From IMG/VR virus record IMGVR_UViG_3300045988_079560: a DNA stretch of 64,000 nt, one strand, 5' to 3'. Positions 9,560 to 19,707 of the stretch are shown in pieces. The translations under genes were made by a program, and so were the position numbers. The DNA is from a virus. Below the pieces are notes generated by a model, which was not told where the DNA came from, made no database searches, and saw nothing but the letters and a program-made list of their open reading frames with translations. Positions within the stretch are counted from its first letter, which is position 1. The number at the start of each line of letters is the position of its first letter.

Positions 9560-10382
9560 GAAAAAGTATTTTTGGCTCAAAATGCCCCGGAACTTCTTTG
9601 AAAAACACTATATCAAGATACTTAGAGCAAAGGATAATGGCGATCTTTTGGTTATGTTCTATATATGGATGATTACAGAGTCAATCGACCATGAGGGCAA
9701 ACTGCGATTTTCCGAAGATATTCCGTATGACGCAGAAATGTTGGCGGAAGCATCCGGTTTTGCGTTACAGATTGTTACACAAGCGTTACAACAATTTTCA
9801 AAATTACAGCTTGTGGTTACGGAAAGTGACGGCACACTATTTTTACCAAAATCTCTGAAAATGATTGGGTCTGAATCGGCATCCGCACAGAGGGTTAGGG
9901 AGTATCGGGAGAGAGAAAAAAACAAGACAAAACCCACTGAGACACCCGAAAACGCTGAATGTAACGAACGTGTAACAGAGAGTAACGTTAATGTTCAAAA
10001 AGGTAACATAGAGAAAGAGTTAGAGAAAGAGTTAGAGAAAGAAAATAAAAAAGGGGGAAAGAGGGAAACTACCCAATCAATTTTTGAAAGGCTTCTCCCT
10101 GAGTACACCATCTCTGATGTAATGGCAGATAAACTTCGCGAATGGTTCAAGTATAAGACGGAACGGAAAGACGGATATAAGGAACAGGGCATGAAGTCGT
10201 TGTTAAAACAGGTTGCCAATAAGGTCTCTGTCTATGGAGATACTGCCGTATGCAATCTTATTGATGAATGTATGTCGAATGGATGGAAAGGCATTATTTG
10301 GGATAAATTGCAATCATCTTCTGCATACAGAAATAGCGGAGATCGCATTGGAAACAGAGTAAAGGATGTGGATGGCTGGTAA
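9552..10382 (+). CDS. Phage replisome organizer / DnaD-like
   Basis: KYFWLKMPRNFFEKHYIKILR start and charged linker typical of phage replisome organizers. Confidence 0.75.
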   Translation: MAEKKYFWLKMPRNFFEKHYIKILRAKDNGDLLVMFYIWMITESIDHEGKLRFSEDIPYDAEMLAEASGFALQIVTQALQQFSKLQLVVTESDGTLFLPKSLKMIGSESASAQRVREYREREKNKTKPTETPENAECNERVTESNVNVQKGNIEKELEKELEKENKKGGKRETTQSIFERLLPEYTISDVMADKLREWFKYKTERKDGYKEQGMKSLLKQVANKVSVYGDTAVCNLIDECMSNGWKGIIWDKLQSSSAYRNSGDRIGNRVKDVDGW

Positions 10383-11044
10383 TGGAAAGAGAAGAATTTA
10401 AGATTTTGGTAAAAGCTATGAAAGCGGTCTACGCACAGCCGACATTCATACCAGATAAAGACGCTTTCGATGTGTGGTATGGATTATTACAAGATCTTCC
10501 GTATGAGCAGGCAAATTTGGCGATACAAAAGTACATGACGAGTGAACGTTTTCCACCAACCATCGCAGATATTCGCACTAAAGCAACGGAGATAATTGCT
10601 CCGGCGGAAGAAAGCATGAGCGAACTGCAGGCATGGGCGTTGGTACAGAGAGCGTTAAGGAACTCCGGTTATAACTCAGAAGAGGAATTTGCAAAACTGC
10701 CGGAGGCGTGCCAAAGAGCTGTTGGAACGGCGGCAAACCTCAAAGAGTGGGCGTTGATGGATTCAGACCAAGTGGCAACCATTGAACAGTCACACTTTAT
10801 CAGGAACTATCGGACTTCGGTGCAGCGGATGAAAGAAGAGGCACGTCTGCCGGAGAATGTAAGGATGCTCATAGCCGATATGGGGAAGAAACACGCAGCA
10901 CTTATGGAAAAGGCAGTAGACCCGCAGATAGAAATGCAAAAAATTGAAGTGCCGGAGGAAAAGACCGAACCACCATCCGGTATGTCAAACGAAACCAGAA
11001 AGAGACTGGATGAAATGTATGAGAAGTTCGGTGTTAAAAAGTAA
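10382..11044 (+). CDS. Replicative helicase loader/inhibitor-like protein
   Basis: VKAMKAVYAQPTFIPDKDAFDVWYGLLQDLPYEQANLAIQKYMTSERFPPTIADIR. Confidence 0.75.
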   Translation: MEREEFKILVKAMKAVYAQPTFIPDKDAFDVWYGLLQDLPYEQANLAIQKYMTSERFPPTIADIRTKATEIIAPAEESMSELQAWALVQRALRNSGYNSEEEFAKLPEACQRAVGTAANLKEWALMDSDQVATIEQSHFIRNYRTSVQRMKEEARLPENVRMLIADMGKKHAALMEKAVDPQIEMQKIEVPEEKTEPPSGMSNETRKRLDEMYEKFGVKK

Positions 11045-11091
11045 CGGAGGAAAGGGCAGCGCGCATAAATCCTGGGAACCTCTGAAATGGA

Positions 11092-11745
11092 TTGAGAAAA
11101 TTATCATACAAAGAGATGAGGGAAAGAGGATTGTGTCCGAAGTGTGGTAAAGAAAACCCAACGCCGGAAAGATCCATGTGTCCTGACTGTGCGGCAAGAA
11201 ATTCTGAATTACGCAAGCAGAACCGAAAATACCATGAAAGGATTGGGATATGCACTCATTGTGGGAAAAATCCAGCAGAACCTAACAAAAAGCTATGTTA
11301 TGAGTGTTTGGGTCAATTTCAAGATAGTTATTCGGAAAAAGGGAAAACCGATGAACAGAAAGAGAAAGATCGGCTGAGGAAAAGGCAGTTAAAACAGACA
11401 CGCATCGAAAACGGGCTATGCCCCAGATGCGGAAAACATCAATCACAGAATGGTGGTTTGTGCCAGAGATGCAGGGCGTATCTGAAAAATTATAGAGACA
11501 AAAACCGATGCGATTTGTCACGTTCAGAGAGACCGGACTACGGCATTTGCTATATATGTGGCAAAAATCCAACAATGAAAGGGAAAAAGGTGTGCGATAA
11601 GTGTTATGAAACACGGCTGAGTACCTTACCGGCAATGTGGGAAAATGCGAATAATGACTACTTCCGGCAGCTTAATTATGCGAGATTTTGCATGATAAAA
11701 AATCAAAGAAAGGAGAAAACGAGTGGATCAGATTTCAATGTTTGA
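11092..11745 (+). CDS. Multi zinc-ribbon protein
   Basis: Repeated CxxCGK / CxxC pairs: CPKCGKENPTP, CTHCGKNPAEP, CPRCGKHQSQ, CYICGKNPTMKG. Confidence 0.6.
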   Translation: MRKLSYKEMRERGLCPKCGKENPTPERSMCPDCAARNSELRKQNRKYHERIGICTHCGKNPAEPNKKLCYECLGQFQDSYSEKGKTDEQKEKDRLRKRQLKQTRIENGLCPRCGKHQSQNGGLCQRCRAYLKNYRDKNRCDLSRSERPDYGICYICGKNPTMKGKKVCDKCYETRLSTLPAMWENANNDYFRQLNYARFCMIKNQRKEKTSGSDFNV

Positions 11746-12184
11746 TTTAATGTACCCAACATTTAAGACTGACAACCCAGTGCGATTGATAGAATTGTTT
11801 GCCGGGGTTGGTTCTCAGGCGATGGCACTTCGTAATCTTGGCGTACCGTTTGAACATTACCTTATGTCTGAATGGGAAATGCACGCCACGGCATCATACA
11901 AAGCTATTCACATGGCGGACGATGATACGGATTACAGTGCAGAAATGAGTTCTGAGGATGTTATACAGGCACTTACTCAGTTGGGAATATCCGTGGATGG
12001 AAAGAAACCTCTCACGGAAGAGCAGATAAGGAGTCATTCATACAGTGACGCATGGCGCAGAGAATGTTACAACAACATAAAAGCCACGCACAACCTTGTC
12101 AACATTTGCTCAATGAGGGGGGGTGATCTGGCAATAACGAATACTGACAGATACACCTACCTTATGACGTATTCGTTTCCATAA
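11723..12184 (+). pseudogene. DNA (cytosine-5) methyltransferase, N-terminal fragment (motifs I to III, up to YSFP)
   Basis: RLIELFAGVGSQAMALRNLGVPFEHYLMSEWE...YTYLMTYSFP then in-frame TAA. Confidence 0.85.
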
Positions 12185-12189
12185 GACCT

Positions 12190-12672
12190 TGCCAGGACTT
12201 ATCACTCGCCGGAAAGATGCGAGGAATGAAAAAAGGATCAGGAACACGTTCCGGGTTACTGTGGGAAGTTGAAAGACTTCTGAATGAGACAGAAAATCTT
12301 CCCCAGATACTTCTCATGGAGAATGTGCCACAGGTTATCAGCGCAGACAACATAGACGATTTTCATAGCTGGTGCAGCTTTCTTGAAAGCAAGGGATATA
12401 AGTGTTATACGCAGATCCTCAATGCAAAGGATTACGGAGTGGCACAGAACAGAGAGCGTTGTTTCATGGTATCTATTTTGGGAGATTATAATTACAAATT
12501 TCCGCAGCCGGTTCCACTGGATAAGACAATGAAAGATTATTTGGAGGACGAGGTAGACGAAAAGTATTACATCAACTCTGAAAAGGCACAGAAACTCATC
12601 AAGGACTTACGAGAGAGCGGTCAGTTAGACGGTATCTCAAAAACCGTTAGGGGGGGGGCAGAGGCTCAGTAG
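12190..12672 (+). pseudogene. DNA (cytosine-5) methyltransferase, continuation beginning at catalytic Cys (CQDLSLAGK)
   Basis: Frame 1; ILLMENVPQVI; ends after G9 tract. Confidence 0.85.
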
Positions 12673-13850
12673 ACCGGCATCATTGGGATGCGGTGTTACA
12701 GAAGTAGACAGCTCAGATGAACCATGAGCCGGCCATTGATTGTGGCTCATACGGGAACAGGCGGAGAAAGAGGACGTATAATGTCCCCAGATGGCATATC
12801 AGTGGCATTGTCGGCAACGGATTATAAAGATCCACCGAAAGTTTTAGTGGAGGAAAAAGTAAATGGCAGACAGAATAATCGTAGTCGGCTCACTGAACCC
12901 GGAAAAAGAAGTCCAGGACAGGGTCCGAGTTTTATCGGGGGGGGGTATTTGCCAAGCGATAAGGGCAACAGACTACAAAGATCCTCCGAAAGTGCTTGTG
13001 GAATCTACGACCCATACAATAAAGCATTGTACAAAATGATATGCCCTACCCTATTGGCGAGCGACTACAAACATTTGAAATATGTAATTGAGGAACTATG
13101 AAATGGCAAATAAGGTACGCTGCATACAACTGGGGAATATCGCCGTAGGAAAGAGCTGGGATAATCCTCAGAGAGGAAGAATTTATTCCGTAGACGGAAT
13201 TGCCCCGACCTTAAACACTTGTGGGGGGGCAATTTGGAACCAAAGATATTAGAAATCAAGGAAAGGAAAGAAGATATTGCAGACCGGGATTAAGAGGTTA
13301 GGCAATATTCTCCCCACTTCCACGAGAGAGAACCCAAACCAAGGGCGAGTGTATGATACCGGCGGCATAGCTCCGGCGATTACGAGTGGGGGGGTACTGT
13401 ACCTTGCATAATAACAGAGACGGAGGCGAAAACGTGGTTGAAAGAATCATTGTTGCAAGCAGAGGGCGAAACCCAAGCAATCCATCAGACAGAACCACAG
13501 GCGCACCAACGGAACAACGGTTAGAGCCAAACTCAGAGGGGTTGTGCAATACACTTACTTCCGTCCAAAAAGACAACTATGTTTTGGAGATAAGAGTAAA
13601 TGAGGATTGACTTTGCGATATGCCGTTGCGTCAGAACTGAATACGGCAAAAGGATAAGAAAATTATACGAAAGCCACCAGATTTCAGAAAAAAGAGGCAA
13701 TATGACTCAACTTGAAGCAAGAACTGATGGTATATCCAACACCCTCACAACTGTTCAAAAAGACAATCTGGTTTTAGAGATAAGGACGGTGGATGATGGA
13801 TAGAGAGTATGTAGGCATCCGGCAGGCAACACAGAAAGGTTATATCGAAT
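12673..13850 (+). pseudogene. Fragmented repeat-rich region of the cytosine methyltransferase in all three frames
   Basis: Recurring units: GRIMSPDGISVALSATDYKDPPKVLVE; DRVRVLSGGGICQAIRATDYKDPPKVLVE; GRIYSVDGIAPTLNTC; GRVYDTGGIAPAITSG; RLEPNSEGLCNTLTSVQKDNYVLE; DGISNTLTTVQKDNLVLE. Confidence 0.75.
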
Positions 13851-14378
13851 GTGAGATTGGCGGAGTTGCAGATTTCTCATACCCGACAAGTAAATTACGG
13901 CGAGGAAGAGTGCAAGGCGGCGGTCATGTATGCCCTACACTTACATCCCAAAGCATGGGGATTTGCCGTATTGAGAAAATTGTTCGGGGGGGGGCAGGAC
14001 GGTATGCAGCATAGTGACAATCTCGCGGAAAGGAGTACAGAAATGGCAAAAGTAGGGCAGATTTCCAACGAGGGAAGTCGATGCGGATCTGTTTATTCTG
14101 ATAATGGCAATTCTCCAACGTTGACCGCCGGAACGCATGGAGATGCGAACTCAAAGGTTTGCACAGAGTACCGCATAAGAAAGCTCACTCCAAAAGAGTG
14201 CTGGCGGCTGATGGATTTCTCAGATGCAGATTTCCATAAGGCGGAGAAAGTAAATAGTAACACACAGCTTTATAAGCAGGCCGGAAACAGTATCGTGGTA
14301 AATGTTCTGGTTGCAATCTTAGGGCAGTTATTCATCGGAAAAGAGGATGTATATAGAGACTGCAAGGTAAAGAAATAG
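13851..14378 (+). pseudogene. Cytosine methyltransferase C-terminal part (motifs IX-X)
   Basis: NSPTLTAGTH...YRIRKLTPKECWRLMDFSD...NTQLYKQAGNSIVVNVLVAI. Confidence 0.85.
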
Positions 14379-14386
14379 GAGGCAAT

Positions 14387-14608
14387 ATGGAAAAATTAAA
14401 ACAGATGGTGGTAATGAGAGAAAGCCACGAAAGAGACGAGGGAACAATGGGATTTCACGATTATGTGACAGTGAAAGAGGACTTCAATAAATTCGTGGAC
14501 AGAGTAACAGAGGCTTGCGAAACAGTTAATGGCAAATTCTTGGGAGTTTCTTATCCTAACGAAGATACCGCCGTTATTCTGTATAGATGGTCTGACGGAT
14601 TGCATTAA
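14387..14608 (+). CDS. Hypothetical protein
   Basis: ORF with RBS. Confidence 0.45.
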   Translation: MEKLKQMVVMRESHERDEGTMGFHDYVTVKEDFNKFVDRVTEACETVNGKFLGVSYPNEDTAVILYRWSDGLH

Positions 14609-14924
14609 ATTTTTTTGAAGAGAATGTTTAGTCGGACAAACATAATTATGAAAGAAAGGAGAAAAAACGGTATGTTAGGAAAAACCGCAAAGGGAAAACA
14701 GGCAGAGGATAAAGAGACTGAGTATGCTTCCTATGAGATTTGCCGGAAGAGCAAAGTGGGAGAGTATATTCAGGCAGGGCAGGAGTTTTTTGTGGCTGAC
14801 ATGAAAAAGAAAAAGATTTACAGCTCCAACGATCTGCGCCTGAGAGAGCTATCGGAAAAGGTAGACTCTGAGGACACATTCGTATTCAAAGAAGCAACTT
14901 ATATGTAAACAGGAGGACAGTTTT

Positions 14925-15128
14925 ATGAGCAACAGCAGTAATGGAAACAGTGGAAAAGCATCAGGCGGTATCGGATTTTTCGGAGTGTTACAGCTTATCT
15001 TAATCACTCTGAAATTATGCAAAGTAATCACATGGTCTTGGTGGTTAGTTCTTCTCCCTATCTGGATTGGGATTGGACTTACGGCAATTCTTATTGTAAT
15101 CATCGCGATCGCAACAATTTTGAAGTAG
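14925..15128 (+). CDS. Small membrane protein
   Basis: Two predicted hydrophobic segments. Confidence 0.55.
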   Translation: MSNSSNGNSGKASGGIGFFGVLQLILITLKLCKVITWSWWLVLLPIWIGIGLTAILIVIIAIATILK

Positions 15129-15140
15129 GAGGGAAAGACA

Positions 15141-15449
15141 TTGACGCAGGAGCAGATGAGAAACCTCAACACCATCGTAGAAACGTATGGAAACGATGCA
15201 CAGGAGGATATGGCTATTGAAGAGTGTTCCGAACTCATCAAAGCCATTCTGAAATTCCGCCGCAGTGATGAGAAAACAGCGGAAATGAGAGATGCAGTGA
15301 TTGATGAAATTGCAGATGTACAGATCATGCTTACGCAGTTGGGAATTGTCTTTAACTGCGTAGCAGAGGTAGAGGATAGAATTGATTTCAAAATCAATCG
15401 CCAGATGGGGCGAATTAAGGAAAGAGAGGCAAAACGTGATGTTTGTTAA
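15141..15449 (+). CDS. MazG-like nucleotide pyrophosphohydrolase
   Basis: IEECSELIKAILKFRR...DEIADVQIMLTQL (EExxE...ExxD). Confidence 0.75.
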   Translation: MTQEQMRNLNTIVETYGNDAQEDMAIEECSELIKAILKFRRSDEKTAEMRDAVIDEIADVQIMLTQLGIVFNCVAEVEDRIDFKINRQMGRIKEREAKRDVC

Positions 15450-15747
15450 GTCTCAGGATGGAGCGGTAGTTCTGAACAACGACAAGGTAACAGAATACAG
15501 CACGGACAGCAAATATGATGGGCGGTACAAGGTTGCTGCCCTCGTAGGACAAAACAGAGTAGTGATTGGCAGATATTCTACGAAAGAAAAATGCAGAATG
15601 GCGATTTCAATGCTTATGGACTGCTACACCATGAATTTGCTGTTTGAAAGAGGACAGGATGAAAACCCCAGAGACTTAGTATGTGAATATGTGGCGGATC
15701 AACCACTTGGAGTGTTTGAGATGCCGCAGGAGGATGAAATCGAATAG
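15439..15747 (+). CDS. Hypothetical protein
   Basis: MFVKSQDGAVVLNND... ORF. Confidence 0.5.
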   Translation: MFVKSQDGAVVLNNDKVTEYSTDSKYDGRYKVAALVGQNRVVIGRYSTKEKCRMAISMLMDCYTMNLLFERGQDENPRDLVCEYVADQPLGVFEMPQEDEIE

Positions 15748-15756
15748 GAGGACACT

Positions 15757-16293
15757 ATGAGCAAAGAGTTTTATAGAGGGGAAATCTTCTATATCCGCAA
15801 TGAGAGCGAATATAGCGGAAATGTACAGGGGGGGGGTAGACCTGCGGTAATCATAAGCAATGATATTGGCAACAATGCAGCTCCCATATTGGAAGTGGTT
15901 TACCTTACCACCCAGGAAAAGAAACCGTTGCCGACACACGTTAAAATCAACAGTTCAAAATATCCGTCCACCGTGCTTTGTGAGCAGATTGATACGGTAA
16001 ACAAGGATAAGGTTGGAGATTACATAGGACAGTGTTCTATGGCGGAAATGAAAAAGATTGATGCAGCGTTGGCAGTAAGTATAGGCATTGGAATTAACAT
16101 CAAATCGAATGATCTGGTAAAGAAGTGGGCGGAAGCCGCAAATGAAGTAGTGGAGCCGGAGAAGAAAGAACCTGAGCCTGTTGTGGCAAAGGTGGAGATG
16201 CCGGACATTGAGACACAGTTGGAAATCGCAAAAATCACAGCCGAGAGGGACGTGTATAAGCGGTTATACGAGGAAGCAATGGCCCGGAGATAG
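15757..16293 (+). CDS. PemK/MazF-like protein with C-terminal extension
   Basis: RGEIFYIRNE...GGGRPAVIISNDIGN...VEVVYLTT; G9 tract inside. Confidence 0.75.
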   Translation: MSKEFYRGEIFYIRNESEYSGNVQGGGRPAVIISNDIGNNAAPILEVVYLTTQEKKPLPTHVKINSSKYPSTVLCEQIDTVNKDKVGDYIGQCSMAEMKKIDAALAVSIGIGINIKSNDLVKKWAEAANEVVEPEKKEPEPVVAKVEMPDIETQLEIAKITAERDVYKRLYEEAMARR

Positions 16294-16301
16294 GAGGAAG
16301 T

Positions 16302-17027
16302 ATGGCTCTAATAAAGAGAGATAGAGAAAACTTCTGGATGCTAAATTGGCTTGATGAATACATGACCGGTCACAAAGGATTTATATGTGGAGGATGTTTC
16401 AAAAACATATTCAATAAAGAAAAGGTAAAAGACCTTGATATTTTCTTTGAGAATGAAAGTGATTTTGATGATGCGGTACAGTATTTTGACAGCCAGACAC
16501 CCGGATATGACGGAGACGATGTAAGAGATGAGAAATATCATTTCCACTACGAAAACGACAATGTAAAGGCGTACAAACACATTGAAACAGGTGTTGTGAT
16601 TGAACTTTGTTGCAAAATATTTGGAAAACCGGAAGAAATTCTGAATAAGTTCGATTTCACAATCACGAAGTTCGCATATTACAAAGAGGAAGTAGAGGAT
16701 GAAACTGGTGCGGTAGCGAAAAACCAAGAACTTCCGTTTGAAACTCTGGAAGATGAACATTTCTTAGAGGAAATTGGAATACCGGAAACACACATTGAGT
16801 ACAAAATCCTGATGGATGATGCGTTTTTTGAACATCTGCATCTTAAACGGATTGTAATTGATAAAGATATTCCATTTCCAATGAGCACTTTTGAACGGAT
16901 GCTGAGATATGCAAAGTACGGATATTTCCCATGCAAAGAAACAAAGATGAAGATAATCAATGCACTTAGGGATTTGACAGACGAACAGGTTGAATTATCT
17001 GAAAGCCTTTATGACGGCATGGATTAA
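16302..17027 (+). CDS. Nucleotidyltransferase-like hypothetical protein
   Basis: GFICGGCFKNIFNKEKVKDLDIFFENESDFDDAV. Confidence 0.5.
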   Translation: MALIKRDRENFWMLNWLDEYMTGHKGFICGGCFKNIFNKEKVKDLDIFFENESDFDDAVQYFDSQTPGYDGDDVRDEKYHFHYENDNVKAYKHIETGVVIELCCKIFGKPEEILNKFDFTITKFAYYKEEVEDETGAVAKNQELPFETLEDEHFLEEIGIPETHIEYKILMDDAFFEHLHLKRIVIDKDIPFPMSTFERMLRYAKYGYFPCKETKMKIINALRDLTDEQVELSESLYDGMD

Positions 17028-17036
17028 GGAGGAAAC

Positions 17037-17558
17037 ATGAAAAAGACAGCGAGAGTAATAGTGACATTAGCTTGTAACAGAAAATGCCCCGGATGCTGCA
17101 ATGAGACAATCGGAAAGGTTGCGAGTATCGGAGATATTTCGGTTCTCTCAGACTATGAGGAAGTTGTGATAACCGGCGGAGAACCAATGCTCAACCCGGA
17201 CAGCCTGTTGAGATTTATCAAGGCACTGAAAAAGCAGAACAAACGGCAGAGAGTGTATCTGTACACGGCTTGTTTATCAATGGATGATTACGGAAAGATC
17301 CTTAATCAGTTGGACGGAATCACAGTAACGCTCCATGCCGAGGCAACGGATGATGATATTCGCAATCTGAAATATATGAGCTGCAACCTCTATGGAGAGG
17401 ATTTGGATATGCGGTTGTTCATCGACCGTAGAGTATATGAAAAATATGATTTATCCAATATCTGCCTGAAAACGTGGGATGTCGTGAGAAAACTGGAATG
17501 GAAAGAGAAATGCGATCCGGCGGACAATGAGGATCTGCTTTTGTTCCATTTGTTTTAA
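17037..17558 (+). CDS. Radical SAM protein (QueE-like, short)
   Basis: VTLACNRKCPGCCNET; TGGEPMLNP. Confidence 0.8.
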   Translation: MKKTARVIVTLACNRKCPGCCNETIGKVASIGDISVLSDYEEVVITGGEPMLNPDSLLRFIKALKKQNKRQRVYLYTACLSMDDYGKILNQLDGITVTLHAEATDDDIRNLKYMSCNLYGEDLDMRLFIDRRVYEKYDLSNICLKTWDVVRKLEWKEKCDPADNEDLLLFHLF

Positions 17559-17568
17559 GGAGAACACT

Positions 17569-17832
17569 ATGGGAAATTACAAAGTGGTTTCAATAACGGA
17601 CCGGGAGGGCAATCCCCGGACAGATGGGAGATACCCTGACAGAGCAGGAAGAATATGTGCCAAGCCAAACGTGAGAATCGGAGAACAGATGGTAATTCAG
17701 TGGATCTCAAATGCCGATGGCACACCATATGTCGGAGAACTCACAACGAGTATGGCAATTTCCTATATTGAGATAAAAGGAAAAATCACAGTAACAACGA
17801 GACATTCAGTATACACATTCGAGAAGTTATGA
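17569..17832 (+). CDS. Hypothetical protein
   Basis: ORF with RBS. Confidence 0.5.
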   Translation: MGNYKVVSITDREGNPRTDGRYPDRAGRICAKPNVRIGEQMVIQWISNADGTPYVGELTTSMAISYIEIKGKITVTTRHSVYTFEKL

Positions 17833-18401
17833 GAGAATCAGAAACTTTTGATTACATCCGCCGGAAGTACCCGGGCAAGGAAGAAAAATGGAGAAAAGTC
17901 ACTAGACTTGTAAAATTCGATGAGAATTTGGAAGTTAAGAGCGTGCATGATTTCAACATCAACTGCTACATATCAACATTTGGGAGGCTTATAAGAAACG
18001 GAATCCTCTGCAATATGGCATACGGAGATAAATATGATATTTCCAGTATGTTCACAGACACGGATGGGAACCAAGTACGGTTTAAGAGACACCAGATTGT
18101 TATGCAGACTTTCTTCATGGGAGACAGACGGCGGTATGACACCGTAGACCATATAAATAACATGGAGAGGTTCGATAACAGCATATACAACCTCAGATGG
18201 GCGGACAAGGGCGTACAGTGCGGAAACCGCAAGGACAAGCCTGGGAAACACAGAATGGTTATCTGCATAGGCGATGAGGAAGAAATCTTTTTCTCATGCC
18301 GGGAGGCGGAACGCCTGTATAATCTACCGCCGAACTCGGTTGGTAAGGTATGCCGTGGAGAACTGGAATCCATATATGGTTATAGATTTGGATATTTATA
18401 A
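17829..18401 (+). CDS. HNH endonuclease (NUMOD-containing)
   Basis: YDTVDHINNMERFDNSIYNLRWADKGVQCGNR. Confidence 0.8.
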   Translation: MRESETFDYIRRKYPGKEEKWRKVTRLVKFDENLEVKSVHDFNINCYISTFGRLIRNGILCNMAYGDKYDISSMFTDTDGNQVRFKRHQIVMQTFFMGDRRRYDTVDHINNMERFDNSIYNLRWADKGVQCGNRKDKPGKHRMVICIGDEEEIFFSCREAERLYNLPPNSVGKVCRGELESIYGYRFGYL

Positions 18402-18412
18402 GGAGATCAGAG

Positions 18413-19018
18413 ATGGGAAAAGATTGGACCGGAAACGGCAAGAGTATTTTTACAACCCTTGGCGCATCCAACCACACAGAGAAAGAAAGAGAGATTAACG
18501 ACTACTATGCGACAGACCCTATCGCAGTAGACGCATTGTTACAGGGGGGGGCAGAGCTGAATCATAAGATTTGGGAGTGCTCTGCAGGACAAGGACACTT
18601 ATCAGAACGTCTCATAGAACTTGGGTACGAGGTACGCAGTACGGACCTTATCGACAGAGGGTATGGAGAGGGTGGAATAGACTTCTTGCAGACAACAGAA
18701 ATGTGGGATGGCGATATTCTTACCAATCCTCCATATAAGTATGCGAAAGAGTTTATTGAGCACGCAATGACGATCATACCGGACGGGAGAAAAGTGTTCA
18801 TGTTCCTTAAATTACAGTTTTTGGAGGGAAAGGCTAGAGGCGAACTGTTTAAGAAATACCCTCCGAGATATGTGTATGTGTCACGCAGCCGTATTCTGTG
18901 CGCCAAAAACGGAATGTTTGAGGAAATGAAAGCCGGAGGCGGAAGTGCAGTTGCATACGCGTGGTATGAGTTTCAGAAAGGTTATAAGGGAGTGAGCATT
19001 ATTAAGTGGATAAATTAG
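18413..19018 (+). CDS. DNA N6-adenine methyltransferase-like, G8 tract inside
   Basis: YYATDPIAVDALLQGGAEL...WECSAGQGHLSERL...LTNPPYKYAKEF. Confidence 0.8.
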   Translation: MGKDWTGNGKSIFTTLGASNHTEKEREINDYYATDPIAVDALLQGGAELNHKIWECSAGQGHLSERLIELGYEVRSTDLIDRGYGEGGIDFLQTTEMWDGDILTNPPYKYAKEFIEHAMTIIPDGRKVFMFLKLQFLEGKARGELFKKYPPRYVYVSRSRILCAKNGMFEEMKAGGGSAVAYAWYEFQKGYKGVSIIKWIN

Positions 19019-19707
19019 ATTTTGGTTACTACAACATGGACTGTATGGCCGGTATGAAACTTTTCCCTGATAAATACTTTGATGTGGCAATCGTAGACCC
19101 ACCATACGGGATCAATGCGCCGAACATGGCGATGGGAACCAATAAGAGCCGGACGAAGAACGGTTATCCTGCCGAAAGCACAGCAAGCAGATTAAAGCGA
19201 AGCGGGCAGACAAAGGAATGGGATAGCAAGCCGCCGACAGAGGAATATTTCAAAGAATTGTTCCGGGTATCGAAAAATCAGATTATATGGGGCGGAAATT
19301 ATTTCAATCTGCCACCGACAAAATGTTTTGTTGTATGGGATAAGGTGCAGCCGTGGGATGCCTTTTCACAAGCGGAGATTGCGTGGACTTCCTACAATCT
19401 CCCGGCAAAACTGTTCAGATACTCAAACACTGGCGGAGCAAATTCAGAGAAACGCATCCACCCAACCCAGAAACCGATAGCATTGTACGAATATCTAGTA
19501 GGTGCTTTTAAGCTATCGGGGGGGGTGGTACTTGACACCCATGTAGGATCTGCGTCAAGCCTCATAGCATACCACAGAACCGGTGTGAAGTTTGTAGGAT
19601 TTGAGATAGATACCGAGATGTATGAGGTCTCAAATACAAGGTTAGAAAGAGAAAGAGCACAATTATCACTATTTGATTTGGGAATGGAAAGGAACGATAA
19701 CAGATAA
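19006..19707 (+). CDS. DNA methyltransferase (DPPY type), G8 tract inside
   Basis: VDPPYGINAP...HPTQKPIALYEYLV...GGVVLDTHVGSASSLIA. Confidence 0.88.
   Translation: MDKLDFGYYNMDCMAGMKLFPDKYFDVAIVDPPYGINAPNMAMGTNKSRTKNGYPAESTASRLKRSGQTKEWDSKPPTEEYFKELFRVSKNQIIWGGNYFNLPPTKCFVVWDKVQPWDAFSQAEIAWTSYNLPAKLFRYSNTGGANSEKRIHPTQKPIALYEYLVGAFKLSGGVVLDTHVGSASSLIAYHRTGVKFVGFEIDTEMYEVSNTRLERERAQLSLFDLGMERNDNR

Noticed and set aside
10009-10070. Repeat GAGAAAGAGTTAGAGAAAGAGTTAGAGAAAGAAAA as a regulatory repeat
   Set aside because: Simple low-complexity coding repeat (KELEKELEKE) in the linker of the replisome organizer.
12190-14378. Diversity-generating retroelement acting on the methyltransferase
   Set aside because: No reverse transcriptase or template repeat found; changes are at G runs, not adenine-directed.
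17966-18373. Minus-strand 135-aa ORF over the HNH gene
   Set aside because: Fully overlaps a strongly supported sense gene and lacks domain signal.
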